DNA from: Squalus acanthias
Lineage: Eukaryota
NCBI GenBank assembly: GCA_030390025.1
Contig: CM059432.1
Coordinates: 52,702,001 to 52,766,000, forward strand
Length of the DNA stretch: 64,000 nucleotides
Reading direction: 5' to 3'
In this document: one piece after another, positions 62,804 through 64,000 of the stretch
Numbering within the stretch: position 1 is the first letter of the stretch
Layout: each line of letters starts with the position of its first letter
Notes under the pieces: model-generated
Databases searched by the model: none
The model's input: only the letters and a program-made list of their open reading frames with translations
What the model was told of the DNA's origin: nothing
Position numbers and translations under genes: made by a program

Positions 62804-63647
62804 GGGGGGAATTTTGTCAGCCCTGGGGAGGCGGGTATGGAGGCGGGACTGCCGGGAAAATGGCAGAAACTGGGAGTGGGTACCAACCCCGCTCCCAATA
62901 CACCTCCGTGCCATCTTCCCAGGAGATGGGTCCCCAACTCGAGCAGGGACCCGTTTCCTCGAGGCGGGAAGGGGATTACAGCTACTTCAATGCCTATTAA
63001 CAGGTAGTTAACAGGCAGTTAAGAGGCTTATCCCCATTTTACCCACACAAGTGCGGGCTTCCCAAAGGCTGAGAACCTTGCCTGGGTCAGCGAGGTGAGC
63101 AGTGGGTCTGCGGGGGTGAGAGGGGTCGAAAAGTGCGCTGTGGAGGTGAGTGATGGGTGCAAGTGTGGAGAGGTAAGTATGAGAGGTGAGTGCAAAATGT
63201 TAGAAAAAGTTTACTTACCCTTGTTTTTTTCTGCAGGCTTCAACCCTTGGGGATCCGGAGGTGCCTCATCTCAACGGCAGGGATGACAGAATGGCTGCTG
63301 CATTCTCTGATGCAGGAGCCATCTGATTTCTGCTAAGGAGAGAGGTTTGGTAAGTCTTCAGTCCAAGGACTCACCTTTGAACAGAGATTGTCAGTGTTTG
63401 ATGGCTTCTCAAAGCTGTCAAACGATGACAATTCATCTGTCAAAAATTTTTGACAGATGAAACGTCATACGCTGATGTCTTCTGTCACCGGCTTTCCCTT
63501 AGTTGGCCGGCTAAGCCTGCAGGGCGGGCTGAACAAGGTCAATCAAGGGAAAATAGCGTGGGTTGGCCGATGTCGTTGGGGGCGGGACTGAAACCCGACA
63601 AGCAGCAGTCCCGCCCCCAACGCGTCCCCATTGATAAAATCCATCCC
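62804..63647 (-). mobile_element. Non-autonomous Harbinger derivative with TAA TSD
   Basis: TAA at 62801-62803 and 63648-63650. Imperfect TIRs GGGGGGAATTTT / AAAATCCATCCC. Ends are homologous to 46060-46152 and 40672-41030. Confidence 0.8.
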
Positions 63648-64000
63648 TAAGTGTTACAGGGCTCAGATGCCTGCCACATACTAATCTCAGTCACCTCTTG
63701 GCAGGCTTAAAATGGTAGGCCAGGGAACCTGCCTAAAAAATGAAAATGACCCGACCCTAGAAAATCATAGAGGGAGGATGTCAGGGGCATGTTCTTTTGG
63801 CGGTGGGACTCCCAGCCTTCCGAATATACGCCAGAATTCCACAATAACAGGAAATCAGGGCAGCTTACTGACAGAAGTAACTAGAAATCACTGAAAAGGA
63901 TTGGACAAAAGCTTCCTGAAGACTGTAGTTTATTGAAAAATGAAAGTATTTTTTTTTTTAAATGATCAAGGAATCAAATTATACAAACACGAAATACACC

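Overview
This is vertebrate genomic DNA, most likely from a shark or other chondrichthyan, judged by HE1/V-SINE, Deu-domain SINE, CR1 and Penelope repeats. It holds two tail-to-tail genes. The last seven coding exons of LPIN2 lie on the + strand (1411-16585; DIDGT catalytic motif, LGQIL motif). The last four recognisable exons of EMILIN2 lie on the - strand (48780 down to 27690; collagen-like segment, a 36-nt microexon and the C1q domain). The rest is mostly introns packed with transposable elements: many CR1 fragments, one full-length CR1 with intact ORF1 and ORF2, Penelope-like elements with hammerhead ribozyme cores, PIF/Harbinger elements, a hAT remnant, RTE, L2 and SINEs. The most notable observations are: (1) a correctly phased U_UUA_AAC slippery site at the ORF1/ORF2 overlap of the intact CR1, a candidate -1 ribosomal frameshift; (2) two Harbinger ends inserted at the same nucleotide of two different CR1 copies, with a shared ASAC-NNN-GTRT target motif; (3) two splice acceptors whose branch points appear to be supplied by retroelement ends; (4) three fold-back Penelope insertions with 13-14-bp TSDs and a shared CAT/ATG junction. 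All calls come from manual reading; no searches were run, and repeat boundaries are approximate unless a TSD or TIR is cited.
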